In this document: positions 1-10,811 of the stretch, in pieces | How positions within the stretch are numbered: the stretch's first letter is position 1 | How the letters are laid out: each line of letters begins with the position of its first letter | Virus record (IMG/VR): IMGVR_UViG_3300043570_002836 | Span: 1 to 64,000 of that record | From: a virus | DNA length: 64,000 nt | Direction: 5' to 3' (one strand) | Notes under the pieces: model-generated | What the model was told of the DNA's origin: nothing | The model's database searches: none | What the model saw: only the letters and a program-made list of their open reading frames with translations | Made by a program: the position numbers and the translations under genes

Positions 1-1
1 T

Positions 2-604
2 GATACTCGTGGCACAGTTACTGAAGTTAATCAACAAACAGGTGAACAAAAACAAAGACCAATTAAACCTCACGAAACTGTTTGGGTTAAATACGAAGAA
101 ATTTTCACAGATAAGTACAAAATAATGGATGAAAAATATCGTAATCATTTATTTCAGTTTGAAGAGAATAAATATAATAGTGATATCGTTTTACCATATG
201 AACGTGTATGGACAAAACCTGTTACGTCATATGCAATGAACTACTCTAAATTTGACATATCATTGGCACCGATTAAAAATCACGTTTTCAACCGAGTTAA
301 ATCACAACTTAAAGTAATTGAGGCAGGGTTTTATAAGAAAGCGTTGATAGCATCTAATGTTGGTCCTTATACAATCGACTTGAAACATTCATTAAAAAAT
401 GGTAACTTTGTTGATGGTAACGCATTATTGGTCGATGAGGTAAAAAATCATAGTGATTGGTCAAAATTTGTTAAGAAGTTAGTTGACAACCCAAATATGA
501 TTATTGATATGGGTGAACGATTATATGAGACCGTTAAAGACAAATACGACTTGAGAAACGTTACTAAAGAAAGAGCTGAATTTTACAAATCTATAATTAA
601 ATAA
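2..604 (+). CDS. Glycosyltransferase (GT-B fold), C-terminal part; 5'-truncated by window edge
   Basis: Frame open from base 2; DISLAP...KSQLKVIEAG...IASNVGPY GT-B C-terminal motifs. Confidence 0.75.
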   Translation, partial: DTRGTVTEVNQQTGEQKQRPIKPHETVWVKYEEIFTDKYKIMDEKYRNHLFQFEENKYNSDIVLPYERVWTKPVTSYAMNYSKFDISLAPIKNHVFNRVKSQLKVIEAGFYKKALIASNVGPYTIDLKHSLKNGNFVDGNALLVDEVKNHSDWSKFVKKLVDNPNMIIDMGERLYETVKDKYDLRNVTKERAEFYKSIIK

Positions 605-606
605 AA

Positions 607-1317
607 ATGATAAAAATACCAATTACAAAAATTTTATTCTTGGACATTGAGACGGTTGGAGCTTGTCCCGACTATGACTCATGTGCCGCTTTAGACACTG
701 ATATTGCTAATCAATTTGACAAATATTTTGATTGGTTTCAGAAAAGATTTCCTGAAGATGCCGCGGTAGAAATTGACCAAAAAAATTACATGTTTAAAAG
801 ACGTGCGGCATTAGTACCTGAATTCGCTAAAATCGTTTGTGTTAGTGTTGCGTTTGTTACTGACAAAGGTGAAACTAAAGCTCAAACATTTTCAGGTGGC
901 GATGAGAAAGAAGTTTTATTGGGGGTACAAAAATTACTTGATAGATGTGGAAAGTTAGATTTCTATCTATGTGGTCACAACTTAAAAAACTTCGATATTC
1001 CTATGTTGGCAAAACGTATGATTATTAATGGTTTATTACCACCATCAATCCTACCATCTTATGATACTAAACCTTGGGAGATTAAGGCAATCGACACAAA
1101 AGAAATTTGGCAATACGGGTCGTACACTTCAATTGGGTCTTTAGATTTAATGTGTACTTGTATGGAAGTACCATCACCAAAAGATGGTGAGGTTACTGGT
1201 GATAAGGTTCATGAAGCATATTGGGAAAAAAGTATGATAAAAGAAATTGCGGAATATTGTGAACGTGATGTTCAAGTATTAATTGATGTAATAAAAAAAT
1301 TAAAAGAATTAAAATGA
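607..1317 (+). CDS. PolB-type 3'-5' exonuclease (DEDD)
   Basis: LFLDIET, GHNLKNFDIP, YCERDV Exo I-III motifs. Confidence 0.85.
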   Translation: MIKIPITKILFLDIETVGACPDYDSCAALDTDIANQFDKYFDWFQKRFPEDAAVEIDQKNYMFKRRAALVPEFAKIVCVSVAFVTDKGETKAQTFSGGDEKEVLLGVQKLLDRCGKLDFYLCGHNLKNFDIPMLAKRMIINGLLPPSILPSYDTKPWEIKAIDTKEIWQYGSYTSIGSLDLMCTCMEVPSPKDGEVTGDKVHEAYWEKSMIKEIAEYCERDVQVLIDVIKKLKELK

Positions 1318-1922
1318 CAAATCCTGAAAATTACGATTTTTATAATGAACGTATGAAAGAAATTGATGATATCATGAAAACTGATTTAGATGATGAAGAT
1401 ACTGAAGATTTTGATAGTATTTTAAATGAGTTAGGTGTTAATATTGATGACATTGAATCTGAGTTTAATGACTATGTTCCTAAACTTGAATTAGGTTACA
1501 CTAAACTACATGAAGATGCCGTCGAACCTAAATACAATTACGAAAGTGATTCGGGGTTTGATTTACATTCAACGGAAAAAATCGTTGTATCAGCATTTGG
1601 TAGAGTACTTGTGCCAACAGGTATTTCATTAGATATTAAAGATGGGTTTGAAGTTCAAGTTAGGTCTAAGAGTGGTTTAGCTTTAAACCAAGGGTTAATG
1701 TGTTTAAACTCACCTGGTACTGTGGATAACGGTTATACAGGTGAAGTTAAGGTAATCATTTTTAATACAAATAAAGAACCTTTTACTATCACTAAAGGTA
1801 TGAAGGTAGCACAAGCGGTGTTATGTCCCGTAGTTAACGGAAAATGGGTTGAATTGGTCCAAAAGGGTACTATCAAAAATAAAGAACGTGGAGAAAACGG
1901 GTTTGGTTCAACAGGAATTTAA
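1314..1922 (+). CDS. dut: dUTPase with acidic N-terminal extension
   Basis: SGFDL, RSKSGLA, GTVDNGYTGE, RGENGFGSTG motifs. Confidence 0.95.
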   Translation: MTNPENYDFYNERMKEIDDIMKTDLDDEDTEDFDSILNELGVNIDDIESEFNDYVPKLELGYTKLHEDAVEPKYNYESDSGFDLHSTEKIVVSAFGRVLVPTGISLDIKDGFEVQVRSKSGLALNQGLMCLNSPGTVDNGYTGEVKVIIFNTNKEPFTITKGMKVAQAVLCPVVNGKWVELVQKGTIKNKERGENGFGSTGI

Positions 1923-1932
1923 ATAAGTAAAA

Positions 1933-3435
1933 ATGATAACAATAATTTACTCAACACATAAAGATGAAGATTATAACGATAAGTTTAACGACCATCTTGT
2001 ATTAACATCAGGACTTCAGTGGGTAGAGATTTTACCCTATGTAAATCATAACGAATACTCATTATCCGAACTTTACAATAAAGGTATTAAAGAATCAAAG
2101 TACGATATTGTGGTATGTTGTCATAATGACATTAAACTTGAGAAAAATTGGGGTAAAAAATTATTAGAAGATTTTAATAACAACCCTGACTTTGCAATTA
2201 TTGGTAAAGCTGGTAGTTGTTATTTACCTGAATCAGGTGTTTATTGGGAACGACTTCATCAAACAATGGTTGGTCAAGTATACCATCACCCTGATGGACA
2301 AAAGAAATTTTTAAGTAAATATTCGCCTAAATTACCGTTTATTGTTCCTGTTGTAACTATTGATGGTTTATTTATGTCGTTTGACAAAACAAAGATAAAA
2401 CATAATTTTGATGAGACCATGGGACGTTTTCATTTTTATGACCATGGTTTTTGTTTACCAAATTACATTGATGGTGTTAAGATAGGTGTTACCTCATCAT
2501 TTGAAATTACTCATCAATCAGTTGGACAACCGAACCAAGAGTTTTATGATACAAAGGCAAAGTTTGTTGAGAAATATAAATCGGTATTACCTTTAGATTT
2601 AAAACCTGAATCAATATACGTCCCTGAAATTAAAGAAAAACAAATTAAAAATATTGGTAAAGTTGCGGTTATAATTCCCACAAAGAGTAAATTGAATTTA
2701 TTATTTGATTGTGTTGATTCATTTCACAAACACTGTAATTCATCATTGTATGATATTTTTATTGCCGATACAGGTTCATCAGTAGAGGAAACAGAATTAA
2801 TTAAAACAAGATATGAAAATACTAATGTTAAATTAATCGAATTCGATTATTATAATTTTGGTAAGATAAATAATGAAGTTGTAAAATACCATATTGGTAA
2901 TGAATACGAATTTATTTTGTTTTGTAACAATGATATTAAGTTGTTGAACAATGCGATTTATGGTATGTTGAAAGTCTTTAAAGAAAATACTAAGGTTGGA
3001 ACTGTTGGGGGTAGATTACATTTTGAAGATAAAACCATTCAGCATGATGGAATTATACTTTTTGTTGATAAAAGTAGTAATATCCGATTGAGTCATAAAA
3101 ATTTAACAAATTATTATAATTATTCGACAACCCTAACTAAGGAAACGGGTAATACAGGTGGGTTATTGATGATTAAAAAAGACATTTTTGAAAAATGTGG
3201 GTATTTTAATGAAAACTATATTAGTTGTTTTGAAGATGTTGAGTTAAATTTAAAATGTGTGACATTGGGGTTGACAAATTATTGTGATGGAAACATTGTT
3301 GCATATCATTATGAAGGTCAAACAAGAAATGAAGACGGTGAGAAAGAAACTAACGTTCAACAAGACTACGTAAATAATTTACTACCTTTTTTAATCAGAA
3401 ATCGTGATAAAATAAAACAGTGTGTACTGAATTAA
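1933..3435 (+). CDS. Two-domain glycosyltransferase (GT2-like)
   Basis: CCHNDI; VAVIIPT...IADTGS...FCNNDI...FEDVE motifs. Confidence 0.85.
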   Translation: MITIIYSTHKDEDYNDKFNDHLVLTSGLQWVEILPYVNHNEYSLSELYNKGIKESKYDIVVCCHNDIKLEKNWGKKLLEDFNNNPDFAIIGKAGSCYLPESGVYWERLHQTMVGQVYHHPDGQKKFLSKYSPKLPFIVPVVTIDGLFMSFDKTKIKHNFDETMGRFHFYDHGFCLPNYIDGVKIGVTSSFEITHQSVGQPNQEFYDTKAKFVEKYKSVLPLDLKPESIYVPEIKEKQIKNIGKVAVIIPTKSKLNLLFDCVDSFHKHCNSSLYDIFIADTGSSVEETELIKTRYENTNVKLIEFDYYNFGKINNEVVKYHIGNEYEFILFCNNDIKLLNNAIYGMLKVFKENTKVGTVGGRLHFEDKTIQHDGIILFVDKSSNIRLSHKNLTNYYNYSTTLTKETGNTGGLLMIKKDIFEKCGYFNENYISCFEDVELNLKCVTLGLTNYCDGNIVAYHYEGQTRNEDGEKETNVQQDYVNNLLPFLIRNRDKIKQCVLN

Positions 3436-3452
3436 TAAAATTAGAAGAATAT

Positions 3453-3707
3453 ATGGAAACAGTTGGTAATTTAATTGATAAATTAACAGTGACTAATATT
3501 AGAATTTGGATGGCTGAGGATATTAAACGAAATGTTAATGCCACCGACTCAGATATTGCTAAAGCGACTAAAGTAACAAATATTGCTAATCAACAAAGAA
3601 ACGATTTAATTCAAGAAATTGATGAAATGATTAATGATATTTTAATAAACCAAAAACCTCAAAAACTTTATAAACAAGGAAGTACTAAAATGTATGGAAA
3701 AGATTAA
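3453..3707 (+). CDS. Small helical hypothetical protein (start moved to ATG 3453)
   Basis: METVGNLIDKL...QQRNDLIQEID; lies within the operon. Confidence 0.6.
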   Translation: METVGNLIDKLTVTNIRIWMAEDIKRNVNATDSDIAKATKVTNIANQQRNDLIQEIDEMINDILINQKPQKLYKQGSTKMYGKD

Positions 3708-4467
3708 TTTTATTTGTGGTGGAAAAACGGGAGATTTATTACATAACTTAATGGTTATTAAAACAATATGTGAATCTAATAACTTTAAAGGTGTTTTATA
3801 TATAACAAACAATGGAGGTTATGGTGGTGATTACTTCCATTTTGATATTGAGAAAACGTATGATGATTTAGAACCAATGATTATGTCTCAAGACTATATC
3901 GAATCATTCCATATTTTAATAGATGGGGAAAACATTGGTAATTTTATTAATTTAAATCAGTGGAGATGGTCTAAATTATTTTTTAAAAGTAATTGGATTG
4001 ACTTATTATGTGATAATTATCAAATTGACCCCCCAATAGAACCATGGATAAAATCAAATAAAATTGAAGGACTTGAAGAGACAATTTTAATTCATAGAAG
4101 CTTACATAGACACACACCTAATTTTCCTTGGGAAAAAATCGTTAATGACAATAGGTGTAAATTTATAACTAACATAAATTCAATAGAAGAATACGACTCA
4201 TTCCCATTTAAAGATAAAGTTGAATTACTGACTTGTAATACCTTTAATGATTTTGTACAATCAATTAACTCTTGTAAATTTTTCATCGGTAATATGTCAA
4301 CACCTTTAGCGATATCACATGGTTTAGGTAAACCTCATTTATGTGAATTATATAGTGTTGATGAAATACACTACATTGGTGATGAAAAATATGTTAAAGA
4401 CTATTTTTACATTTCACCAAGTGGTAATAATAACTTGGACGGAATTGATAGATATCTTAACTTATGA
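3694..4467 (+). CDS. Glycosyltransferase-like protein (GT9-like)
   Basis: GDLLH N-terminal motif; FFIGNMS...AISHGLGKP C-terminal motif. Confidence 0.55.
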   Translation: MEKINFICGGKTGDLLHNLMVIKTICESNNFKGVLYITNNGGYGGDYFHFDIEKTYDDLEPMIMSQDYIESFHILIDGENIGNFINLNQWRWSKLFFKSNWIDLLCDNYQIDPPIEPWIKSNKIEGLEETILIHRSLHRHTPNFPWEKIVNDNRCKFITNINSIEEYDSFPFKDKVELLTCNTFNDFVQSINSCKFFIGNMSTPLAISHGLGKPHLCELYSVDEIHYIGDEKYVKDYFYISPSGNNNLDGIDRYLNL

Positions 4468-5402
4468 AGAAAATTTTAATAACAGGTCCTTTAGGTCAAG
4501 ATGGTATAATATTAACTGAATTATTACAGGATAAGTATGAACTACATGGTGTATGTAGAATGACGTATTCCGTAAAAAAATTAAATGACCATAAAAAAAA
4601 TTATAATATTGATTTATGTATGTCTGAATTAACGGACATCGGATATGTTGATTTTTTAATTAAAAATCTGAATCCTGATATTGTCATAAACTTTGCGGGT
4701 GAAACTGATGTTATTAATCCGTGGTTGGATACTTATAAAACATTTGAACAAAATTATATTATCCCCTCAAATATTTTAGATTCAATCGTTAAACATAATA
4801 AAAACATATTTTTCTTTCAGGCGTCATCGTCATTAATGTATGGTAGGTCAGATGAAAAAATTATTACGGAAAATAGTAAATTCTCACCAATGTATCCTTA
4901 TGGAGTTTCTAAATTAACTACTCATAATTTAATTAATGAATATCGACACCAATACGGATTAAAATGTTCGTCAGGTATCTTTTTCAACCATGAGTCAAAT
5001 TATAGAAGTGATAAGTTCATTAGTAAAAAATTATCAACTTTAGTTAGTGAAATAATAAAAGGTAATACAACCAAAATAAAATTATATGATTTAAATTTTA
5101 ATAGGGATATTAGTCACGCCGAGGATTTTATGAGGGGAGTTGAATTAATTATTGAAAACGAAATAAATGATGATTTTATTTTTAGTAGTGGACATTTAAC
5201 AAATGTGCTTGAGTTCTCTAAAAAGTTTTTCTCTCTACATAATTTAAATTTTTATGACTATATTGATTATACCGATTCAGGAAATTACCCAAACGATTAC
5301 TCAATAATTGGTGATAATTCTAAATTAAAATCAATTGGTTGGGAACCAAAATATGATATTAATGGGTTAATAACTGATATGGTGAATAAAGAGATTATAT
5401 AA
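4464..5402 (+). CDS. GDP-mannose 4,6-dehydratase-like NDP-sugar epimerase/dehydratase (divergent paralog)
   Basis: ITGPLGQDG, QASSS, YGVSK, FNHES. Confidence 0.85.
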   Translation: MKKILITGPLGQDGIILTELLQDKYELHGVCRMTYSVKKLNDHKKNYNIDLCMSELTDIGYVDFLIKNLNPDIVINFAGETDVINPWLDTYKTFEQNYIIPSNILDSIVKHNKNIFFFQASSSLMYGRSDEKIITENSKFSPMYPYGVSKLTTHNLINEYRHQYGLKCSSGIFFNHESNYRSDKFISKKLSTLVSEIIKGNTTKIKLYDLNFNRDISHAEDFMRGVELIIENEINDDFIFSSGHLTNVLEFSKKFFSLHNLNFYDYIDYTDSGNYPNDYSIIGDNSKLKSIGWEPKYDINGLITDMVNKEII

Positions 5403-5407
5403 CCAAT

Positions 5408-6328
5408 ATGAACGTAGCATTTATTAATCACACACAAAAACAATGTGGTGTTTATCAATATGGTAAACGTGTCTCGGACATACTAAAAACTGATGATAGA
5501 TATTCTTTAGAGTATATTGAATGTGATAGTTATGGGGAGTTTTCATCACAAATTAATGATAAACATTTTTCCCATATAATATACAATTGGCATCCATCGA
5601 CAATGTCATGGTTAAATATTGAAATTACCAATAGTTTTAAAGATAACTCGAAACAACTAATAGTATATCACGAAACTTCGTTACCAACTCATTTATCAGT
5701 TGATGGATTGATAATGACTGATTTATCCGAAAATAGAGAATTAAAACGGTTTTCCTTACCTAGACCAATTTATGAAATTGATTTACCTAACGTTAAAAAT
5801 GAAAAAATTAAAATTGGTAGTTTTGGGTTTGGGTTTAATAATAAAGGTTTTGAACGGATATGTGATGTGATAAATAAAAATTTTGATAACGCAATAATAC
5901 ATCTTCATATCACAAACGCATTTTTCGGTGATAAAAATAAAACCATATCTAACGGGGTAATTGATAGATGTAAATCGTTAATGAATGGTAAAACTAATGA
6001 ACTAATTATTACGACAGATTTCTTAGATAATCAAGATATTTTAAATTTTTTAAATGAGAATGATGTTAATATTTTCCTATATGACAATATGCCAGGGAGA
6101 GGGTTATCTTCAGTGATTGATTATGCGGTTAGTGTCAACACACCATTAATTGTGAATAATTCTAATATGTTTAGACATTTATTATCAGATAGACCAAGTA
6201 TATCAATTGATAATGATGATATTAAATCAATAATCGGACGTGGTAAAAAAGATTTGGTTTACTTCAGAGATAAATGGTGTAACTTAAATCTTAAAAATAA
6301 ATTTTTAGAAATTTTAAATGAAATATGA
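5408..6328 (+). CDS. Putative glycosyltransferase (GT-B-like)
   Basis: CGVYQY N-terminus, GSFGF..KGF, GLSSVID; cluster context. Confidence 0.5.
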   Translation: MNVAFINHTQKQCGVYQYGKRVSDILKTDDRYSLEYIECDSYGEFSSQINDKHFSHIIYNWHPSTMSWLNIEITNSFKDNSKQLIVYHETSLPTHLSVDGLIMTDLSENRELKRFSLPRPIYEIDLPNVKNEKIKIGSFGFGFNNKGFERICDVINKNFDNAIIHLHITNAFFGDKNKTISNGVIDRCKSLMNGKTNELIITTDFLDNQDILNFLNENDVNIFLYDNMPGRGLSSVIDYAVSVNTPLIVNNSNMFRHLLSDRPSISIDNDDIKSIIGRGKKDLVYFRDKWCNLNLKNKFLEILNEI

Positions 6329-6933
6329 AATATTATTCACAATCAAACCAAGACAAATGGGTCGTAGAATTTCTAAATTTTAAAAAAAATGGGTATTTTA
6401 TCGAATTGGGAGCGTATGATGGTATACAAACAAGTAATACCTATTATATGGAAAAAAATTTAGAGTGGGATGGTATTTGTGTGGAAGCAAATCCTTCCGT
6501 GTATAAATTATTAGTTAAAAATCGAAAATCAAAAAACATTAACGTAGCGTTAACTGACTACGTAGGTGAATGTTTTTTTACCAATGATAAGATTACCACC
6601 GATGGTATTAAAGTACCTTGTAACACGTTAGAAAATATCTTAAATGAAAATGGGTGTCCAAAAGATATTGATTATTTATCAATAGATATTGAGGGATATG
6701 AGTATATCGTTCTTAAAGATTTTAATTTTAGTAATTGGAATATTAGTCTAATGACTGTTGAACATAACTTATATTGTGATGGTAATGACAGGAAGGATAA
6801 ACTTTATGAACTATTAACTAATAATGGTTTTACTAGAGTTGTTGAGGATGCCCCGTGTTTAGATACAAATCCGTCATACCACAATCAACCTTATGAGGAT
6901 TGGTACATAAATAATAAATTATTAAATAAATAA
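6325..6933 (+). CDS. FkbM-family methyltransferase
   Basis: FIELGAYDG...SNT, VEAN, IDYLSIDIEGYE. Confidence 0.9.
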   Translation: MKYYSQSNQDKWVVEFLNFKKNGYFIELGAYDGIQTSNTYYMEKNLEWDGICVEANPSVYKLLVKNRKSKNINVALTDYVGECFFTNDKITTDGIKVPCNTLENILNENGCPKDIDYLSIDIEGYEYIVLKDFNFSNWNISLMTVEHNLYCDGNDRKDKLYELLTNNGFTRVVEDAPCLDTNPSYHNQPYEDWYINNKLLNK

Positions 6934-6936
6934 ATT

Positions 6937-8157
6937 ATGGAAGAATTATTTACGTTAGGGAACTTATATGTTTCCGACTTTTTAAAAGATGGTGAATCAC
7001 CAAGAGGTGGTTCTGTAGAAATGAAAATGATGTTAGAACCTGAAACGGGTTCTGTTAGATTAGAGAATATCGCACCATTAGATACAATGTACGGTAAATA
7101 TTGGTATAGGTCAGGTATTAATCACACAATGAAGAAAGAATTAAAGTCTATTGTTAATTCAATAACAGATGTTGTATCATTGAAAGAGAATGACTTATGG
7201 ATTGATATTGCGTGTAATGATGGAACATTATTGAGTTACGTTCCTGATAACTTAATTAAAGTTGGGATTGACCCTGTTGATGATTCATTTAAAAAAGAAT
7301 CTGAAAAACACTCTAATTTAATTATTCAGGATTATTTTTCATCAAAAGTATTCCAAGAATCTAAGTTTGGTAACCTTAAAGCTAAGGTTATTACAACAAT
7401 TGCAATGTTCTATGATTTAGAAGAACCTAAAAAATTTGTTAATGACATCGTTGAAGTTTTAGATGATAATGGTGTTTGGGTACTACAATTATCGTACACC
7501 CCATTAATGATTGAACAATTAGCATTTGATAATATATGTCATGAACATGTGTATTATTATTCGTTATTCAACATTCGAAAAATGTTTAAAGAGTGTGGGA
7601 TTGACGTTGTTGATGTTCAATTAAACGACACCAATGGTGGGTCTTTTAGAATTTATTGTATGAAAGAAACTGCCGATAAACGTAAATTTGGTACACAACC
7701 ATATCGTGACGTATGTAATTTTAGATTAAATTCTACGTTAGAGTATGAGAAAACATTAGGTTTAGACACCCCAAAAATTTGGTTAGATTTTTATGATAGA
7801 ATCAATGAACTAAAAGAAAAAACGGTTTCATTTATTAAAGAGGAGAAAGCCAAAGGTAAAGTTATATGGGGTTATGGTGCGTCAACCAAAGGAAACACAT
7901 TATTACAATATTTTGGGTTAGATAACACATTGATAGACGGAATTGCTGAAAGAAGTATTTATAAATTTGGATTAAAAACTGTGGGAACAAATATTCCTAT
8001 TTATTCTGAGGATGAAATGAGAAAGGCTAAACCCGACTATTTGTTGGTATTACCATGGCATTTCATTAACGAATTTATTGAACGAGAATCCGAATTTATA
8101 AACAGAGGAGGTAAGTTCATAGTACCTTGTCCATCTTTTGAAATAATTGGGTTATAA
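6937..8157 (+). CDS. NDP-sugar C-methyltransferase
   Basis: DIACNDGTLL, ICHEH, GYGASTKGNTLL, PDYLLVLPWHF. Confidence 0.9.
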   Translation: MEELFTLGNLYVSDFLKDGESPRGGSVEMKMMLEPETGSVRLENIAPLDTMYGKYWYRSGINHTMKKELKSIVNSITDVVSLKENDLWIDIACNDGTLLSYVPDNLIKVGIDPVDDSFKKESEKHSNLIIQDYFSSKVFQESKFGNLKAKVITTIAMFYDLEEPKKFVNDIVEVLDDNGVWVLQLSYTPLMIEQLAFDNICHEHVYYYSLFNIRKMFKECGIDVVDVQLNDTNGGSFRIYCMKETADKRKFGTQPYRDVCNFRLNSTLEYEKTLGLDTPKIWLDFYDRINELKEKTVSFIKEEKAKGKVIWGYGASTKGNTLLQYFGLDNTLIDGIAERSIYKFGLKTVGTNIPIYSEDEMRKAKPDYLLVLPWHFINEFIERESEFINRGGKFIVPCPSFEIIGL

Positions 8158-9068
8158 TGGAAAAGACTTTAGTTACAGGCGGATATGGATTAGTAGGTTC
8201 TGAATTTACGGGACCTAATTATATCCCATTATCATCAAGTGAATGTGATTTAAGAAATAGAAATGAAATTGATAGTATTTTAAATAAAATTAATTTCGAT
8301 TCAATAATACATTGTGCTGGTAGAGTTGGTGGTGTTGGAGGTAACATGAGTCGTAAAGGTGAATTTTTTCATGATAACATAATGATGAATACCAATGTTA
8401 TTGAATCGGCGAGAGTTCATGGTATTAAAAATTTGGTAGCATTTTTGTCCACATGTATATTTCCTAATCAGATTGATTATCCGTTATCCGAAAATAAAAT
8501 TCATTTAGGACCACCACATTTTTCAAATGATGCTTACGCATACGCTAAAAGAATGAGTGATATTCAAATACGTGCGTATAAAGAACAATATGGATTAAAT
8601 TATAAATCGGTAATACCAACAAACATATATGGTCCAAATGATAATTATGATATACAAGATGGACATGTTATTCCATCATTAATTCATAAATGTTATTTAG
8701 CTAAAGAAAATGATACCCCATTAGTTATTTGGGGTTCAGGAAAACCATTAAGAGAATTTATATTTAGTGGGGATGTTGCAAAATTAACTGAGTGGGTTTT
8801 GTATGAATATAATGAAACTGAACCGATAATTCTTTCGACATCGGATGAAATATCAATTAAAGAAGTTGTTACCATTATTACTGAAATTATGGATTTTAAT
8901 GGTGAGATTATTTACGACTCAACAAAACCTGATGGTCAATTTAGAAAACCTTCCAATAATTCCAAAATAAAAAAATACTTACCAGAATTCAAATTTACCC
9001 CACTTTATGATGGGTTAAAAGAAACAATAAACTATTTTATAGTTAATTATGAAAACATACGAAAATAA
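8157..9068 (+). CDS. fcl: GDP-L-fucose synthase
   Basis: GGYGLVG, RVGG, STCIFP, YAYAK, HVIPSLI, WGSGKPLREF. Confidence 0.9.
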   Translation: MEKTLVTGGYGLVGSEFTGPNYIPLSSSECDLRNRNEIDSILNKINFDSIIHCAGRVGGVGGNMSRKGEFFHDNIMMNTNVIESARVHGIKNLVAFLSTCIFPNQIDYPLSENKIHLGPPHFSNDAYAYAKRMSDIQIRAYKEQYGLNYKSVIPTNIYGPNDNYDIQDGHVIPSLIHKCYLAKENDTPLVIWGSGKPLREFIFSGDVAKLTEWVLYEYNETEPIILSTSDEISIKEVVTIITEIMDFNGEIIYDSTKPDGQFRKPSNNSKIKKYLPEFKFTPLYDGLKETINYFIVNYENIRK

Positions 9069-10035
9069 AATTGCCCTTATAACGGGTATAAATGGACAAG
9101 ATGGTTCATATCTAACGGAATTTTTGTTAGATAAAGGTTATGAAGTTCACGGAACTTTAAAAAGGAATTCAGTATCTGAGAATCAAACCTCAAGATTGAA
9201 TGATGTCTATGATAGAATCAAACTTCATTATGCGGATATGACCGATTTATCATCATTAATTCGAGTTATCCAAGAAGTTAATCCTGATGAAATTTATAAT
9301 TTGGCTGCACAATCTCACGTTAGAATATCATTTGACCAACCGTTATACACCGCAAATGTAACGGGTATCGGTACGTTAAATTTATTAGAATCGGTTAAAC
9401 TAATTAAACCAAATACTAAAATTTATCAAGCATCATCATCTGAAATGTTTGGTAATAATATTGATGATGATGGTTATCAAAGAGAAACAACACAAATGAC
9501 ACCAGTATCACCATATGGTTGTGCTAAAGTGTTTAGTTACAATATATCAAGAAACTATAGAAATTCATACAATATGTTTGTGTCTAATGGTATTTTATTT
9601 AATCATGAATCACCAAGACGTGGGACTAATTTTGTAACTAATAAAGTTTGTAAAGAAGCTGTTAAAATCAAATTAGGTTTAACGGACAAACTTAAATTAG
9701 GTAATCTTGATGCGACAAGGGATTGGGGACACGCTAAAGATTATGTTGAGGCCATGTGGTTAATCTTACAACAAGATAAACCTGATGACTTTGTATGTTC
9801 TACAGGGATATCACATTCGGTGAAAGATTTATGTGAATATGTATTTAAAAAATTAGAGTTAGATTTTAATGAATATGTTACAATGGATGTAAAATTTTTA
9901 AGACCTGAAGAATTACGTGATTTAAAAGGTGATAGTTCGAAATTAAAAAAATTAACAGGATGGGAACATAAATATACGTTTGAAACTATGTTAGATGAAA
10001 TGATTGAATATTGGCTTGAATATTACAAACAATAA
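9049..10035 (+). CDS. gmd: GDP-mannose 4,6-dehydratase
   Basis: ITGINGQDGSY, NLAAQSHV, YQASSSEMFG, FNHESPRRG, RDWGHAKDY. Confidence 0.95.
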   Translation: MKTYENKIALITGINGQDGSYLTEFLLDKGYEVHGTLKRNSVSENQTSRLNDVYDRIKLHYADMTDLSSLIRVIQEVNPDEIYNLAAQSHVRISFDQPLYTANVTGIGTLNLLESVKLIKPNTKIYQASSSEMFGNNIDDDGYQRETTQMTPVSPYGCAKVFSYNISRNYRNSYNMFVSNGILFNHESPRRGTNFVTNKVCKEAVKIKLGLTDKLKLGNLDATRDWGHAKDYVEAMWLILQQDKPDDFVCSTGISHSVKDLCEYVFKKLELDFNEYVTMDVKFLRPEELRDLKGDSSKLKKLTGWEHKYTFETMLDEMIEYWLEYYKQ

Positions 10036-10070
10036 AGTATTATTTAAGTATAAAAATTAATTTATAAATT

Positions 10071-10811
10071 ATGGCTAGACCAAAAAAAGTGACTCCGCAG
10101 GCTGGTCCTTCGGTGAATGAGGAATCAACAAGACCACTCAATAAGAAAGACATTATTGGTAAAATCTTTAAACGAAAACCCAAAGAAAAATTTTTAACGG
10201 AAAACCAACGAAAGTATTTTGAAATTTTAAAACATAATCAGATTACAATTTGTACAGGTCCAGCGGGTGTTGGTAAGAGTTATGTGGCCATGAATGCCGC
10301 ATTAACCTTATTATATGACCCTGATAATAATTATGAAAAAATCATCATTGTACGACCAGCGGTTGAAGCCGAAGAAAAATTAGGTTCATTACCAGGTAAC
10401 GTAGAGGAAAAACTTGACCCATATATTTTCCCATCTTATTACCTGATGAATAAAATTATTGGTAAAGAATCTAAGGAAAAACTTAAAGAACTTGAATTTG
10501 TTGAAGTGTTTGCATTAGCATACATGAGAGGTATGAATATTGATAATTCGATATTAATCTTTGAGGAGGCTCAAAACTCAACACCTAATCAAATGAAATT
10601 GTTATTAACAAGGATTGGTTATAGTAGTAAATTCTTCATATCAGGTGACTTAGAACAAACGGATAGATACAAAGATAAAAAACAAACAGGACTTTGGGAT
10701 GCAATTCAGAAACTTAAAAACGTAAGTGAAATTGGTATTTTTGAATTTGGAAGTGAAGATATTGTCCGTAATCCATTAATTGGTAAAATATTAAATAGAT
10801 ACGAAGAATGA
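10071..10811 (+). CDS. phoH: PhoH-family ATPase
   Basis: GPAGVGKS, RPAVEA, LAYMRG, EEAQN, GDLEQTD. Confidence 0.93.
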   Translation: MARPKKVTPQAGPSVNEESTRPLNKKDIIGKIFKRKPKEKFLTENQRKYFEILKHNQITICTGPAGVGKSYVAMNAALTLLYDPDNNYEKIIIVRPAVEAEEKLGSLPGNVEEKLDPYIFPSYYLMNKIIGKESKEKLKELEFVEVFALAYMRGMNIDNSILIFEEAQNSTPNQMKLLLTRIGYSSKFFISGDLEQTDRYKDKKQTGLWDAIQKLKNVSEIGIFEFGSEDIVRNPLIGKILNRYEE